Part shown: positions 1 to 16,204 of the stretch, piece by piece | Numbering within the stretch: position 1 is the stretch's first letter | Layout: every line of letters begins with the position of its first letter | Assembly: GCA_951406725.2 (NCBI GenBank) | Contig: OX597830.1 | Location: 52,080,001 to 52,144,000, forward strand | DNA from: Octopus vulgaris | Taxonomy: Eukaryota | Direction of reading: 5' to 3' | Length of the DNA: 64,000 nucleotides | Translations under genes and position numbers: made by a program | Notes under the pieces: model-generated | What the model was told of the DNA's origin: nothing | What the model saw: the letters and a program-made list of their open reading frames with translations, nothing else | Database searches by the model: none

Positions 1-994
1 CTAACAGTCTTTTATAAATACCATTTTATGGTGCCAGCTCATTGGTCAAAACCAAAACTTATCGATTATTTGCAAAACACACGCATTTCTCACTGAACAT
101 TTATTATCTCCGCCTTATCTTCCTTGTAGTTCTTGATTTTATTCTCTCTCTCTTTGTCTCTCGTCCCACTCACTAACTCCATCTCTCACCCTCCCTAACA
201 CTTCATTTTTATCATCTAGATCCCCCTTATTTTTCTATATATCTATCTATCTATCAATCAAACAATCTATCTATCTATTTATTAGTCTGTCTTTATTTTT
301 CAGTTTTGTTTTAGAGTTAGCTAACTCTCTCTCTCTCTCTCTCTCATTCACTTCCGCCCGTTCTCTCCTTTCTCTCCCCCTCTCCTTGTATCCCACTCAT
401 TTTAGAAATGTCTAACACGCTACGTTTACACAAACAAACACAGACACTCTCCTTTTCTCCCTCCTTCTGTTTCTCTCTCTCTCTCTCTCACTCACTCTAT
501 CTCTCTCTCTCTCTCTCTCTATCGCTATCCCTCTTCCCAACTCTGTTTAAGTTATCTAACACTTCCATCTCACACTCCATACTTTCCTCTTTATTTAGAA
601 TAATCGAAACTTACAAACACACACACATACACACGCACAAACAAACGCACACACTCTCACTTTCCCTCAACTTATTTCACAATCTGTTTACGCTCTTCTA
701 AATGCCCCTCCTCTTCTCTCTCTCACTCTCTCTCACTCTCTCTATCTCTCTCTCACACACACACTCACACACACAACATCCCACTCAGCTTAAGTGGCAT
801 CTCATTCACTTTCTTCATCCCCCCACCTCTCTCTCTGCATCCCACTCAGTGCAGGATCAACTTACTTCCTGGACCACACCCACCCCGAAATACCTGAAGA
901 ATATTAAACCAATTTTTATATGGTTATCTTACTTTTACTTTCACTTTTACTTTCACATTCTCTGTCTAGCCCTCTATCTATATCTATATATCTG

Positions 995-2350
<1,356 letters not shown>

Positions 2351-2569
2351 ATAGGCATATATTTATAATTCACCATGTATGTATGATTTACGTATGTACT
2401 TGCTCCCATGAATTTCCTCTGTCTCCCTCCACCTTCCCTCCCTCCCTCCTTCATCTCTCTCTCTCCCTCTCCTCTTCTTTATCTGTCTATCTATCTCTAT
2501 CTATGTACGTATCTCTCTGTCTATTTATCCTCCTACATGTTGCACCCTACTCACCATGTGTCCTCTGCA

Positions 2570-2746
2570 CATCATCAACACACACACACTCCACCGTTCC
2601 CACCATCATCACCGTCATTACTATTACTATCATCAGCAGCAGCAGCATCGTGCTCACCATCATCACCATCACTGCCATCACTCTCGCCATCACCCCCAAG
2701 ACCATCATCTCTACCACTACCAACACCATCATCAACCAGCATCAAC

Positions 2747-2779
<33 letters not shown>

Positions 2780-3205
2780 AATCTTCATCATCATCATTAT
2801 CTCTACCATTATGATAACCATCACTACACTTATCGCATCCACATCACTACCATCTCCATCCCCACCATCATCCCCATCACTGCCATCACTCTTGCCATCA
2901 CCCCCAAGACCATCATCTCTACCCCTACCACTACCATCACCGTCATCATCATTATCTCTACCGTTATGAAAACCATCATTACCCTTATCGCATCCACATC
3001 ACTACCATCTGCATCATCATCACCATCATCATTAGCATCATTGACAATCCCATCATTTCGAAAAACTTCAACAACGTCAACACTACATCATCATCATTAT
3101 CATCATCGTCGTTACCAATATGCGTGAATACACACGCGCACATACACACACACACACGTGTATCCACCATATATCCACCACCACCACCACCACCACCATC
3201 ATCGC
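2570..3205. repeat. Degenerate (CAT/CAC)n low-complexity tract with internal duplications
   Basis: atcactgccatcactctcgccatcacccccaagaccatcatctctacc at ~2668 recurs at ~2876; ttatcgcatccacatcactaccatc at ~2830 and ~2985. Confidence 0.9.
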
Positions 3206-3390
3206 ACCGGCCCCCACCAACTCCCACCAACCCATACCCTTCAGTCATATACCATTTAATCCACCAATTCCTCTGCTAATGGAATATATATCTGTCTTGT
3301 CACTTTTACAGTTCAGACTGTTATTCTTGATGATGTTAGCATTGTTGCTGTTGTTGTTGTTGTTGTTGTTGCTGTTCCTTACTTAACAGT

Positions 3391-3454
<64 letters not shown>

Positions 3455-3815
3455 TCAAACACATATAGGCGCACACACAGAAGCGGGCAGGCTTACACAC
3501 ACACATACATGACACATTCTTGGATAGAAACAAACATGGTCGTATTAATGAACATTTTTATATACACGGATACACTTGCAGACAGACAGACAGACAGATA
3601 GATAGACAGACAGACAGGTAGACAGACATACAGGTAGACAGATAGATAGATAGATTGATAGATAGATAGATAGATACATACATACATACATACATACATA
3701 CATACATACATACATACATACATAGATACATACATACATACATACATACATACATACATAGAAAGATAGATAGATAGATAGATAGATACATACATACATA
3801 CATACATACATAGAG

Positions 3816-3889
<74 letters not shown>

Positions 3890-4539
3890 GTATATGTAAA
3901 CATACAGACGTATACACATACACACATAAACTCACATACACATAAGCATATAGCCTTACAATCTGAAGGAGACACACATACATACACATGGATTGAAAGA
4001 AAGCCGCGTTATACATTTACAATATCCACAATCTCTCTTTCTCTCTCTTCAACACCAACACACGCACACACACACGCACACACACAGAGGCACACGTATT
4101 CACACACATGATATGCATTTTCATTTTGAAGTATACACACACATAAGTACATGGTTTCAAACATACCCGTTCACTGCATCTACAGAAATGCGTGTGATAT
4201 AGTTATAGACACACGCATTGTTCCAAACCAAACGCACACATACACAAAATAGATAGATACACACAGTTTCAGAAACAGAAATACACACACACACACACAC
4301 AGTCACTGACACGCACAGTCACATACAATCACACACACACACACACATACACATATACACTCACACCACCACTACCACCACCATTCGTATGCACATAAAC
4401 GCAAACACGCACTAAATTTATTCACGCGGTTTCAAATGTGCGCGGGCGGGCAGACGCACACCTCTCCCTCACACACATGCATCGCACGCACACATACACT
4501 CACGCACACGCACATACAAACTATTTTCAAGACACACAT

Positions 4540-4712
4540 TCACGCATTTAGAAACTTCATACACACACACACGCGCGCACGCACACATACACGCGCGCGC
4601 ACACACACATACACACGCACACATACACATTTAGAAACTTACACACACATTTAGGAATTTACACACACACACACACACACAGGCATAAACACATTTAGAA
4701 GCTTACACACAG

Positions 4713-4750
<38 letters not shown>

Positions 4751-5341
4751 TTAGAAACACTCACACGCATACACACATACAAACACATACATTTACAAAG
4801 TTACACACACACACACACTCACATGCACACATTTCGGAATTTACGGTCACACACTCAAGCACGCACACACAGTTAGAAACTTATACATACTCGCGCGCAC
4901 ACGCACGCACACACATCATTTAGGAAACCCAATTTTCAAGGCCCAGATTTGAAGACGTGCACGCGTACATGCGCGCACACAAACACACACACACACTGTA
5001 CAAATACACACACTTTCAAAGAATTACACAGTCAGGCACACATGAAATGGCATAAATCGCTTTATAGAGACTTACACACACACACACACACACACACAAA
5101 CAAACGAACACACACGCACACACACACACAAACAAACGAACACACACGCACACACACACACAAACAAACGAACACACACGCACACACACACACGTACAAA
5201 CACACACACGCACGCACACACTCACACAAAAACACACACACACACTCAAACAAATGAACACACACGCACACATACACACACACAAACACACACGCACACA
5301 CTCATACACAAACAAACGAACACACACGCACGCACACATAC

Positions 5342-5374
<33 letters not shown>

Positions 5375-5696
5375 AACACACACGCACACATACATATACT
5401 TTCAAAACATATGCAAGAAATTGACACACGCACACACACACACAAATGCTGACCACACACACAAATGCTGACCACACACACCCACATGATATAGACAAAC
5501 ATACACACACACACACGTGTTTCGAAAACATAAATATGCAAGAAACAGACACGCGCACACACACATCTACTGACCATACATACATATGATAAAGACACAA
5601 TTTTTTTAAAGCACACACACACGTATGAGACTCACACATACACATATACTCGTGATTTAAACACACAGAAACACACACACGCACATGATATAGACT

Positions 5697-5735
<39 letters not shown>

Positions 5736-6040
5736 ATAACAGACCTACACACACGCACATGATATAGACTCACACACACACACACACTTAGTACAGAGCT
5801 ACACACACGCACATGATATATGTTTCTTTATTACCCACAAGGGGCTAAACATAGAGGGGACAAACAAGGACAGACAAACGGATTGAGTCGATTACATCGA
5901 CCCCAGTGCTTAACTGGTACTTAATTTATCGACCCCGAAAGGATGAAAGGCAAAGTCGACCTCGGCAAAGTCGACACACGCACATGATATAGACTCACAC
6001 ACACACACACACTTAGTTCTGAGCTACACACACGGACATA
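4540..6040. repeat. CA-based compound minisatellites
   Basis: Repeated units catttagaaactt(ca)n (4540-4890), aaacaaacgaa(ca)n (5090-5330) and cacacgcacatgatatagact(ca)n..tta.. (5680-6030). Confidence 0.9.
5822..5968 (-). mobile_element. 5'-truncated SINE with Meta-domain-like core
   Basis: Minus strand gccgaggtcgactttgcctttcatcctttcggggtcgataaattaagtaccag, ending in aataaagaaa; related core on + at ~61125-61230. Confidence 0.7.
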
Positions 6041-6676
6041 CATAGATAAAGTTTTACACACATATATATGATATAGACACACCTATATACACACAAAGGT
6101 TATTCACTTATACACACACGATACACACATACATGCACTTGATATACATGCACAATTTTTAACGATAGGCACACACATGATACAGATGCAGACACACGCA
6201 TCATATAAGCACACACAGTTTTAAACACATATATTTATACACACACACACACACAAAAAAACATGAGACAACGAGATATCGTCTCCTGAAAATGACGACC
6301 AGTTAGAAACTGCAGCCAAGTCCTTCAGTTCACGTTGTTTTATGTTAAAATATGGAAGGCAACATTCGGTGATGTAGTGCAAGGTACATTATGCCAGGAA
6401 AAATAGTAGAATAGTCATGGAAACAAAGATTTAACCAGAGAAGTTTTTAATCAGGTCTGACAGCAACAACAACAGCAATAACGACATCCATATATTTATA
6501 TGTAACACGTATGTGTATTCACTTCAGGGGCGGCGTGGCCTAGAGGTTAGAGATGTTGTACTCACCATCATAAAAAACGTGAGTTCGATTCCTGAATGGA
6601 TGGATGCGTTACTCCAATCGACTCGTAAAACGAGTTTCAGTCTAATGCAAGGTCAGCAGCCACCCCTCTCTCTCTC

Positions 6677-6710
<34 letters not shown>

Positions 6711-7006
6711 CCCCTCTCTCTCTCTCTCTCTCCAGCTGTTTCATCCTAAATGTTTTCCTGGTTGAAGGGGGAGTGGAACATTTATTTCTTCTTGCGGCTA
6801 CACAGGCACCTAAAACACTTAGCGAAAGCATGGTACACACTGATGTGAAGTCCCCTTCACAATCGGTTATAGCAGTTCCAGTGACGGCTATGGTAATTAG
6901 TCATATAATGGAGCATATTAACATTGCGCGCACATATAAGCGCATATATCTATATACGGAGAGAGAGAAAGAGAGTGTGTGCAGGGAGAGATAGGCAGAC
7001 AGACAA

Positions 7007-7104
<98 letters not shown>

Positions 7105-7499
7105 GAATGGATGTGTGTGTAATAAAGTGTTCAAGGGAACTGGTGAACGGTGAGGCGAGGTTGAGCTGTGGTTGCCATATTTTTTGTAATAGAATGAAAA
7201 TTAGGAGAGGAACTGACATTTCGGAATTGACTTCTAATTGTGTTACCTAAATATATGAATGTATGTGTATATAAAAACACGTGTAGGTGTGTTTGTGTGG
7301 GTGGGTGTGTGCGTGTATGTGTGTATGTGTGTGTGCGTTGCGCGCGCGTGTTTGTGTGTCTGCGTGTGTGTATCAGCATAAATATGTACCCGTGAGTTTT
7401 AATGATGCCTTTTGTGTTCTGTTTCAACAAATGAGCATCTACAGTAGAGAGACACGAGATGTGAAACGATAAAAAAAAATCTAATGAGAGATTTTAGTA

Positions 7500-7900
7500 T
7501 AGGGTGCGGGCGGTGGTTGGACACAAGAAAGGTGACAAGAAGTAAAAGATATGTGAATCGGAAGTACCCGTGTAAAGGAGATTGAATACCAGCAACACCC
7601 GAGGAACACAGGTATTTTTAGTACAGATAGAAAGCGGTGTCAATATCCACGTAGGTCAGAGGCTGAAGTATGTCTATATATGATTTGATGGCAATCAGTC
7701 GATTGGTCCTTCTCTGGATGCGGTCCATGATATCTCTGAGTGTAGCAGAGTGGACGTCCCAGCTTTGTGAGCAGTACTTCCAAGTGGATTTGTGGATTTC
7801 CTGCGTTTTTTCTGGGTTTTTTTTTTGTAGAATGTCAGAAGGTGTGGCGTGAAATAGACTCTGTCCCTGACAAGAAATGCCAGTCTTTGGGATACAAATC
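7500..7900 (-). pseudogene. Decayed CR1/Jockey-type LINE ORF2 C-terminal fragment
   Basis: KYCSQSWD...IMDRIQRRTNRLI...LQPL resembles the post-RT EYCS.W...LDRIQRRA.RLI...LQPL motif. Confidence 0.65.
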
Positions 7901-8134
7901 CTGTTTTGGCCAGACATGATCCTCGGTAGTACAGGTAGAATATCGATCGATTTTCAGGAACCTTAATTCCAAAGCTTTTCCGGATTGGTCAACACACTGT
8001 AGATTATACCTATATTAAATTTGCTTAAATAATTAAATGAAATACAGACAATTATACAGTAGTATAAATGATACAAGTTTATTAGTCTGATTGGTATTAG
8101 TCTGTGAGTGGTACCAGTCTGTGCAAGGCACTGG

Positions 8135-8516
8135 GAAGCACTCCGTCGGTTACGACGACGATGGTTCCGGTTGATCCGAATCAACGGAACAGCCTGCTCG
8201 TGAAATTAACGTGTAAGTGGCTGAGCACTCCACAGACATGTGTACCCTTAACGTAGTTCTCGGGGATATTCAGCGTGACACAGAGAGTGACAAGGCCGGC
8301 CCTTTGAAATACAGGTACAACAGAAACAGGAAGTAAGAGTGAGAGAAAGTTGTGGTGAAAGAGTACAGCAGGGATCACCACCATCCCCTGCCGGGGCCGC
8401 GTGGAGCTTTAGGTGTTTTCGTTCAATAAACACTCACAACGCCCGGTGTGGAAATCGAAACCGCGATCCTATGACCGCGAGTCCGCTGCCCTAACCACTT
8501 GGCCATTGCGCCTCCA
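8135..8516 (-). mobile_element. tRNA-derived SINE (head A + tail X), full length
   Basis: Pol III A/B-box-like head ggaggcgcaatggccaagtggttagggcagcggactcgcgg...gtttcgatt; near-identical copy at 30483-30866. Confidence 0.9.
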
Positions 8517-8912
8517 AGGCACTAATCTGTGCATGGTAACAGTAGATTTGTTTGGCAGCCGCGGAAATTTGAAGTCCCTGCTCCTAAATCATTGCAGCTT
8601 ATAAGAGGTTCCGGATCATCAGTGTCTGGTAAGTTGCTGTTTTACCAGTACACAATTTATAGCACCGAAATCACTGAATAGGGATGAAAGCACGAGATAT
8701 TTGTGACCTGTTGGTATTTAAACACAGAGTTAACTTTCTCAGATTTAATGACGGTCATGTATTTTCTAACATTAAGCCTTCGTTCTAAGGTTTATGAATT
8801 AATTACAAATGACCGATGTAAACGATTACAAGAAAAGCTGTAGAATGCCAAAGGTTTAATTAATGAAACTCACCAAGCATTTCACACATACATACATCTG
8901 CTTGTATGTATG

Positions 8913-8946
<34 letters not shown>

Positions 8947-9175
8947 TGGATGGATGGATGGATGGATGGATGTATGTATGTATGGATGTATGTATGTATG
9001 TATGGATGGATGGATGGATGGATAGATGCGTCTACGTGCAAAGATACGTATGTATGCATACATATATGCATATGTGTGTGTGTGTATATATATATATGTG
9101 GGGGGGACAGCTTATGTATCGTTGGCGATTTTCTTTCTCCGTCTACCCTTCATTGGACAAAGGTCCTTTTTCTAT

Positions 9176-9210
9176 GTTTCTGACGAAGAGCTCCGCTCGA
9201 AACGTTAAAT
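9176..9210 (+). ncRNA. Minimal type-I hammerhead ribozyme-like motif
   Basis: ttt CTGACGA a GAGC tcc GCTC GAAAC GT T aaa; palindromic AACGTT in place of stem III, as in PLE minimal hammerheads. Confidence 0.7.
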
Positions 9211-9302
9211 CCTCCTACTTTATTTCCTCTCCTGAGCGTCCAATAGCACAATACTTGTACCACGTCCTCGTGTTGTGTTTTCATGTTTGTTCATGTTTGG
9301 AG

Positions 9303-9373
<71 letters not shown>

Positions 9374-9793
9374 ACAAGAGGACTTACAGAATATTAGCCT
9401 GGAAATGATGCCCAGCATATATATATAAATAGTGTCTATAAATTTATGTATAGTACATATACAACCTTGATCGTAACGTTGCCCACGGGCATTCGCTATT
9501 TACGTAGCTACCACATCTTTCCATTTAAATTTGCATTTTAGGCATAAATTCGAGCTCGGCATCTATTGTAAATCGTATTGATGTGCTAACCACTACACGA
9601 AAGCAATATTATCATTCTTTACTACCGAAGTTTATAGAGGGATATTAATAACTTAAATGACATACTAGCGACCATTCAAAGAGGCTTTCAGACCACCATT
9701 AATGGATTTGTCGAGATATTTGAATTTTCATATTGTTGTTTAATAAAATTTCATCAAGTTATTTCTCTGTCATTCATGACTTTATAGATACAT

Positions 9794-9889
<96 letters not shown>

Positions 9890-9954
9890 ATAATGTCGTG
9901 TTCCAGCATGGCTGCAGTCACATAAAAATAAAAGATTGTATATATATATATATA

Positions 9955-10380
9955 TAAGAAAAAATGTTTGAAAATGCAATTTAAACGATGTTTATTTACT
10001 TAACCGGTTTCACTCTTTGGTAAAAGATTGTCAAAAGTTACAGTTAAGGAAACATTGAATAATATGGGTTCAAAAAAGTTTTTTACATAATTGTCACATT
10101 GAATATTATGCATTCAAAAAAGTTTTTTACATAATTGTCACATTGGATATTATGAATTCAAAAATGTTTTTTTATACATAATTGTCACATTACATGTATA
10201 AATATAGTGTTTGGTAACAGAGAAGTTCAATAGTGTGATGAGAATATTTGGGAAAATTTGGCAGAAAAGGATAAAACAAATATATTATTGGGAATTGGTT
10301 GCGTTAATTATTGGTTGTCGTACGACAACCAAGTAAATAAACATCGTTTAAATTGCATTTTCAAACCTTTTTTTCTTATA
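9955..10380 (-). mobile_element. Short PLE-like element with ~47-bp terminal inverted repeats, internal ~47-bp x3 tandem and hammerhead-like variant
   Basis: 9955-10001 is the near reverse complement of 10331-10379; tandem at 10052-10192; variant motif at 9998-10038. Confidence 0.6.
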
Positions 10381-10462
10381 TAATCCCACTCGTGCGATAC
10401 CCCACAACTCAACTTTTATATATATATATATATATATATACACATGCATGCATGTGTATATA

Positions 10463-10855
10463 TGTGGCTGCGTGTTAAGTAGCTTGCTTACTAACAACGT
10501 GGTTCCTGGTTCAGTCCCACTGCGTGGAACCTTTGGCAAGTGTTTCTTACTATAGCCTCGGGTCGACCAAAACCTTGTGTGTGGAATTGGTACACGGAAA
10601 CTTAAAGAAGCAAGTTGTATATATATATATATATATATATATAAATATGTGTGTGTGTGTGTGTATGTGTTTGTTCCCCCAACATCGCTTGACAAGCGAT
10701 GCTGGTATGTTTATGTCTCCGTAATCCAGCGGTTCGGCAAAAGAGACCGATAGAATGAGGTTTACACAGAATAAGTTTTGGAGTCGAATTGCTCAACTAA
10801 AGGCGTTGCTCCAGTATGGCCGCAGTCAAATGACTGGAACAAGTAAAAGAATAAA
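10463..10855 (+). mobile_element. Abundant tRNA-derived SINE family (head gtggctgtgtggtaagtagcttgc)
   Basis: B-box ggttcagtccc, internal (TA)(TG) tract, tail taaaggcg..gctccag.atggccgcagtcaaatgactg.aacaagtaaaaga. Confidence 0.9.
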
Positions 10856-11250
10856 TGAAAAAGAATATATATAACTGGAAATCTATTTCTGTCACATGAT
10901 CGGCGAGTATTCGTCAAAATTGATGTATCCTCTGAGTAATCTCAATTCTATATTCAATACTGACCGTCACCGATGATGGTGTCAACTACCCCAAAATTTT
11001 AATATGTCACAGTCTAGGTAGATGGCACTGCGAGCTGATCTAGGTGTATCCTCACCATTTGTCAACAAGCGAGAAATATTCTCCGTGACAAAACGCACTT
11101 CGAACGTGCATCAAGCATATTCGGGTTGATAATATCATTGTAATTTCAATAATTACTATATAATTACTCCCCTTCCTTTGTTACGTGCTTGGCCGCTTCT
11201 TGTTTGTACTTTCAAACGTACGTGTACATGTACACGCATACCCACATACT

Positions 11251-11311
<61 letters not shown>

Positions 11312-11672
11312 GATATATATTGTTTAACATGTCATATAATGTGATATAATATGATCTGATATCGTATGATATAAATATATACATATATGAATGTGTATAT
11401 ATGCATATATGCGTTTGAGTGTATGTATGCGCGTGTGTAATATATATGTTCTATGTGGCTTATTTAAGCTTTTCCCTCTCTAGCCAGTAATAGAATTCAT
11501 GCTAACCACTAACAGAATGGTAAATGTTTCTTTGTCTGCAGCTTATCTCTGAAAGATATGGAAGTCAGAGCGATTCATGGGCGAGGAACAGATTCAAACT
11601 CTTTCATACAGTGCATATCTATGAATATATTATATACATATATACATGTGTGTGTGTGTTTGTGTGTGTGTT

Positions 11673-11716
<44 letters not shown>

Positions 11717-11789
11717 TGTTTGTGTGTGTGTGTATGTGTGTGTGTGTGTGTGTGTCTTCTATTTCTAATTATTTGGAGTCTTTCCCTGA

Positions 11790-12620
11790 AGATCTAACTG
11801 GTTTCCAGCAAAGATACCTTGCCCCATTTATGGAATGCTGATAACAAAAGCAACGTCACATTTGAAACTTGAGGAAAGTCTTGTATATTTCTACTGTTCC
11901 ACTTACAGGTTGTATTTGTAATGTACGAGTTATTTGATTGATTTATTTTTCTGAAAATCCTCTGATTTAGGGCACAAAACCAAGTGCACTAATTATCATT
12001 GTTATAAATGTGAATATACATCTGGATATAGAAGCAAGAAGTTTCAGAGCATTTATCCACAATTATCGTTTTCATCTTTGATTTTCAAAGAGATATTTAT
12101 GCCAGCAGTACGGCTAACCTCTTTGAGAATACATATAATTTTCTTGTCCATTCCAAACAACAATATCCGACGTTTATGTTAACACTTGAGGGTTGTTTTG
12201 ATGAAAATGTTCCACCACTATTCCTTGTGTTGAAATTTGTGTATATATCTAACATCAAGAGGATTCTCTATACTTATTCCGGTAATTTTCCGATCAGCAT
12301 TGTGTATAGTTTTTGTGGCAAAGTCAGTCATGTCACATAGAGAAGTAATACTTTGATGACGTTTTTGGAGCAGCTGCTAACCAGATGTGGTATATCTTCC
12401 TCAGAAATATGACCATCTACATTTTTGGCTGCATCTCGAAACCAGAAGATCTTCCCTGTCTCTCTTGTTTATTGGGTATTTAGCGACCATCCCCTGTTCT
12501 TGGATTGTAAATGCATGGCCTTCGACACGTGATGCAATGTAGCGGTCATGGGTCGTAGAGACGCTGTGCTTTATGTTGGTACTATTGTCTTCAAGTCTTC
12601 AGGAAATATTTTGGTATGCT
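11790..12620 (-). pseudogene. Decayed R4/Dong-like non-LTR retrotransposon C-terminus (CCHC + restriction-like endonuclease region)
   Basis: SRVEGHAFTIQEQG...EEDIPHLVSSCSK...WWNIFIKTT, with frameshifts. Confidence 0.6.
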
Positions 12621-12785
12621 GAGCGTATGTATGCATGTATGTATTTATGCATGCATGTATGTATGTATGTTATGTATGTATGTTATGTATGTATGTATCT
12701 ATCTATCTATCTATCTATCCACCCATTTATCTATCTATCTATCCACCTGTCTATCTATCTATCTATCTATCCATCTATCTATCTG

Positions 12786-12826
<41 letters not shown>

Positions 12827-12983
12827 GTAAGTACGTACGTATGTATGCATGTATGTATGCGTGCATGTATGACTGAATGTATGTATGTGTGAGTGTGTTT
12901 TTATTTGTTTTATATTTCGAATTACTCACCCATGAAAGTAGACACTTTCATTTCAATTTAGATACTATCAGAGGGGATAAACG

Positions 12984-13046
<63 letters not shown>

Positions 13047-13375
13047 TCCACTTACCTTATACCGATTCTCTTGCGTCCCTTTACTCCGCCACTGTACCTA
13101 TACAATTCCTTCAGTGTTCTGCTTGGTTATAACCAGAAATGAGAGACGGAAGTAGCATTAACTTTTTAGATCGTTCAATTTTTTTTCAACCGATCAATGG
13201 ACCGATTGAGCAAACCTATCAATAACGAACCTATAATGATTACTGGAAGCACCTGTAATTCACATTTACTGCAATAAAGAAAAAAAATACAACAACCATT
13301 ATTTGCACCTTGTTTTGTATATGTATGTATGTGTGTGTGTATATATATATACATATGTATATATATCAATTAATT

Positions 13376-13577
<202 letters not shown>

Positions 13578-13596
13578 TATATAAATATATATAAAT

Positions 13597-13651
<55 letters not shown>

Positions 13652-13654
13652 TAT

Positions 13655-14120
13655 AAACTAATGTAGGATAAAGTTTTTTTCGAGAAAAAAATTTTATCAA
13701 TGGCCATCATATCAAAAAATACCTTTAAAGGTTAAATTTATAAATTATTTACAAAATAAGGGCAAAAGAAAAATTCTAATGCCAAATATGCCGAAAAAAA
13801 AGACAAAATTGTAAATAACCATTATAATTTATGCGTCTCGAAACAAACCGATAGAAATTTCTAAAAAATCCGTTATTACCGTATTGGTCTCAATTTCGGG
13901 GTTAATTCATAAGAATTTTCCCTTCTTCAGCGATAAATACGTGAGATATAAGTGAAATACTTACTCATACCCATGGGAAAAGCAATCACTAAGTCCTGAG
14001 CAGACCTAAGTACCCCAAATATATCTAAAATAGAAAATCTTCGCACATCTCGAGACACGTGTGATTCGAACTAGAAACTTTCACAGAGTGAGAGGATCCG
14101 GAAGTGAACACTAAGAATTA
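13655..14120 (-). mobile_element. PLE-like non-coding fragment next to a long (TA)n tract
   Basis: Abuts (TA)n 13380-13648 and carries the hammerhead at 13877-13935. Confidence 0.5.
13877..13935 (-). ncRNA. Type-I hammerhead ribozyme motif with all three stems
   Basis: TATCG CTGAAGA a GGG aa AATTC ttat GAATT aa CCC c GAAA TTG agac CAAT A CGGTA; stem I TATCG/CGGTA, stem III ATTG/CAAT, cleavage triplet AUA. Confidence 0.75.
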
Positions 14121-14127
14121 ATTTATT

Positions 14128-14519
14128 TACTCTTTTACTCTTTTACTTGTTTCAGTCATTTTACTGCAACCATGCTGGAGCATCGCCTTTAGTCAAGCAA
14201 ATCGACCCCAGGCTCTTATTCTTTGTAAGCCTAGTACTTATTCTATTGGTCTTTTGTTCAACCACTAAGTTACGAGGATGTAAACACACCAGCATCGGTT
14301 GTCAAGCGGTGTTGGGGGGGGGGGCACACACACACACATATATATATACATATATACAACAGGCGTCTTTCAGTTTCTGTCTACCAAATCCACTCACAAG
14401 GGTTTGGTCGGCCCGAGGCTATAGTAGACGGCACTTGGTCAAGGTGCCACGCAGTGGGACTGAACCCGAAACCATGTGGTTGGTAAGCAAGCTACTTACC
14501 ACACAGCCACTCCTGCGCC
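14128..14519 (-). mobile_element. tRNA-derived SINE (same family as 10463)
   Basis: Reverse complement of the family consensus, head cctgcgcc at the right end. Confidence 0.9.
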
Positions 14520-14649
14520 ATATATATTTGTGTGTGTGTGTACGTCTGTCCGTGGTGTCTGTGCGTGTCTCTGTGTGTGTTTGTGTGTGTATGTATGTAT
14601 ATACAATTACTCGTCTACGCATCCGGACACGTGAGCTCAAGTGTGAATA

Positions 14650-15600
14650 CCATTGCATATGTGGTATGGCAAGCTAAATCTGTTGGATGCTTTACAAATT
14701 TTGATGGTGTCTTTGCTAGCTTTGTGAATTACAGCTTCTCAAGATTGGTACTGAGGTGGTTGCATAGCCAAGTGCCCCAGTAATTACTGTTTGATATCTA
14801 GAGTCGTAACATGGATCGAGTTGCTTCAGATGTGTCACCAGTAGTTTTTGACATCAATGATTTATCGAGCTACCGATTTCAACGAATGTACATAGTTTCA
14901 TTTTTCCCTCACAGTTCATTATGCATGTCCTGTCGTACTTTATTTATCGAAGTCTTGACATGGACATTTCACCAGTGTTCTTTTTTAGCCGCGACATCAT
15001 GTTTCATAGGTAATTCTGTGAAGACACTTGCGTGTAGCTACTTACGATGTGTGTAACATCTTCAATATTAGTTCCACAGGGCCTACATCGACAGTTGCAT
15101 ATCGGTGGCTTGCCTCCGTCCATAACCCTTTAATACGTCACATACCTTCTCATCTCACGCTCTTACGAAAGCATACCCTTCAAAACGAGAGCTAATATTC
15201 CGGTAAACAACTATCTCGATGTCACACTGAAGCTTCCTAATAGCACAATCAAGCAATATCTTCTGTTAGTGTGTATACACCTTAGTTTCTCCTCTAAGGA
15301 TGAGTTGTGGTACCGCTGTGCAACTTTTCTGGTTACGCATCAACGATTACCAGTCAGGAAGTTTCCAACATCCATGAGGTTATCGGCCTCGCATATATAG
15401 ACTTGATGCAGTCAGGGCTTCAATATTTAGCGTTTAGTCGATATTGTTTGAAAGGGATATGAGGCGATATTCAAAGATTCTTTGAATCAAAGTAAAGTTC
15501 TGTCACTTCGTTTTTGTTTCAAGTGAAAGCAACCAACGTCAGTGTCGATGGAGACATTCTTGGTATTGGTATTGGTTAACAATTTTCGGATTTTAACGTC
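14650..15600 (-). pseudogene. Second decayed R4/Dong-like fragment
   Basis: SSRFEGYAF...KPPICNCRCRPCGTNIEDVTHIVSS, a CCHC finger homologous to 11790-12620. Confidence 0.6.
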
Positions 15601-15789
15601 GAATTCGTCAGATCTCATCTAGCGTCCAAAATCGAATATATACCAAATATGTTCGTATACTTGTATACACATCTGTGTATGTGTATATGTGTCTGCACGC
15701 GCGTAAGTATATACATATGTATATATGCATATATATACATGCATATATATATACACAAATACATACATTTATGCATGTATTTGTGTATA

Positions 15790-16204
15790 CTCTTTACTCT
15801 TTACTCTTTTACTTGTTTCAGTCATTTGACTGCGGCCATGCTGGAGCACCGCCTTTAGTCGAGCAACTCGACCCCGGGACTTATTCTTTGTAAGCTCAGT
15901 ATTTATTCTATCGGCCTCTTTTGCCGAACCGCTAAGTGACGGGGACGTAAACACACCACCATCGGTTGTCAAGCAATGCTAGGGGGACAAACACAGACAC
16001 ACAAACATATACACACACACTTATATATATATACATATATACGACAGGCTTCTTTCAGTTTCCGTCTACCAAATCCACTCACAAGGCATTGGTCGGCCCG
16101 GGGCTATAGCAGGAGACACTTGCCCAAGATGCCACGCAGTGGGACTGAACCCGGAACCATGTGGTTGGTTAGCAAGCTACTTACCACACAGCCACTCCTG
16201 CGCC
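15790..16204 (-). mobile_element. tRNA-derived SINE (10463 family)
   Basis: Full-length copy, high similarity to 14128-14519. Confidence 0.92.

Noticed and set aside
4540-6040. Regularly spaced short motifs resembling a CRISPR array
   Set aside because: Spacers are (CA)n, context is eukaryotic and no cas genes are present
8430-8516. tRNA-like sequences (also 16876, 30780, 51611)
   Set aside because: They are SINE heads continuing into SINE bodies, without a full acceptor stem or terminator
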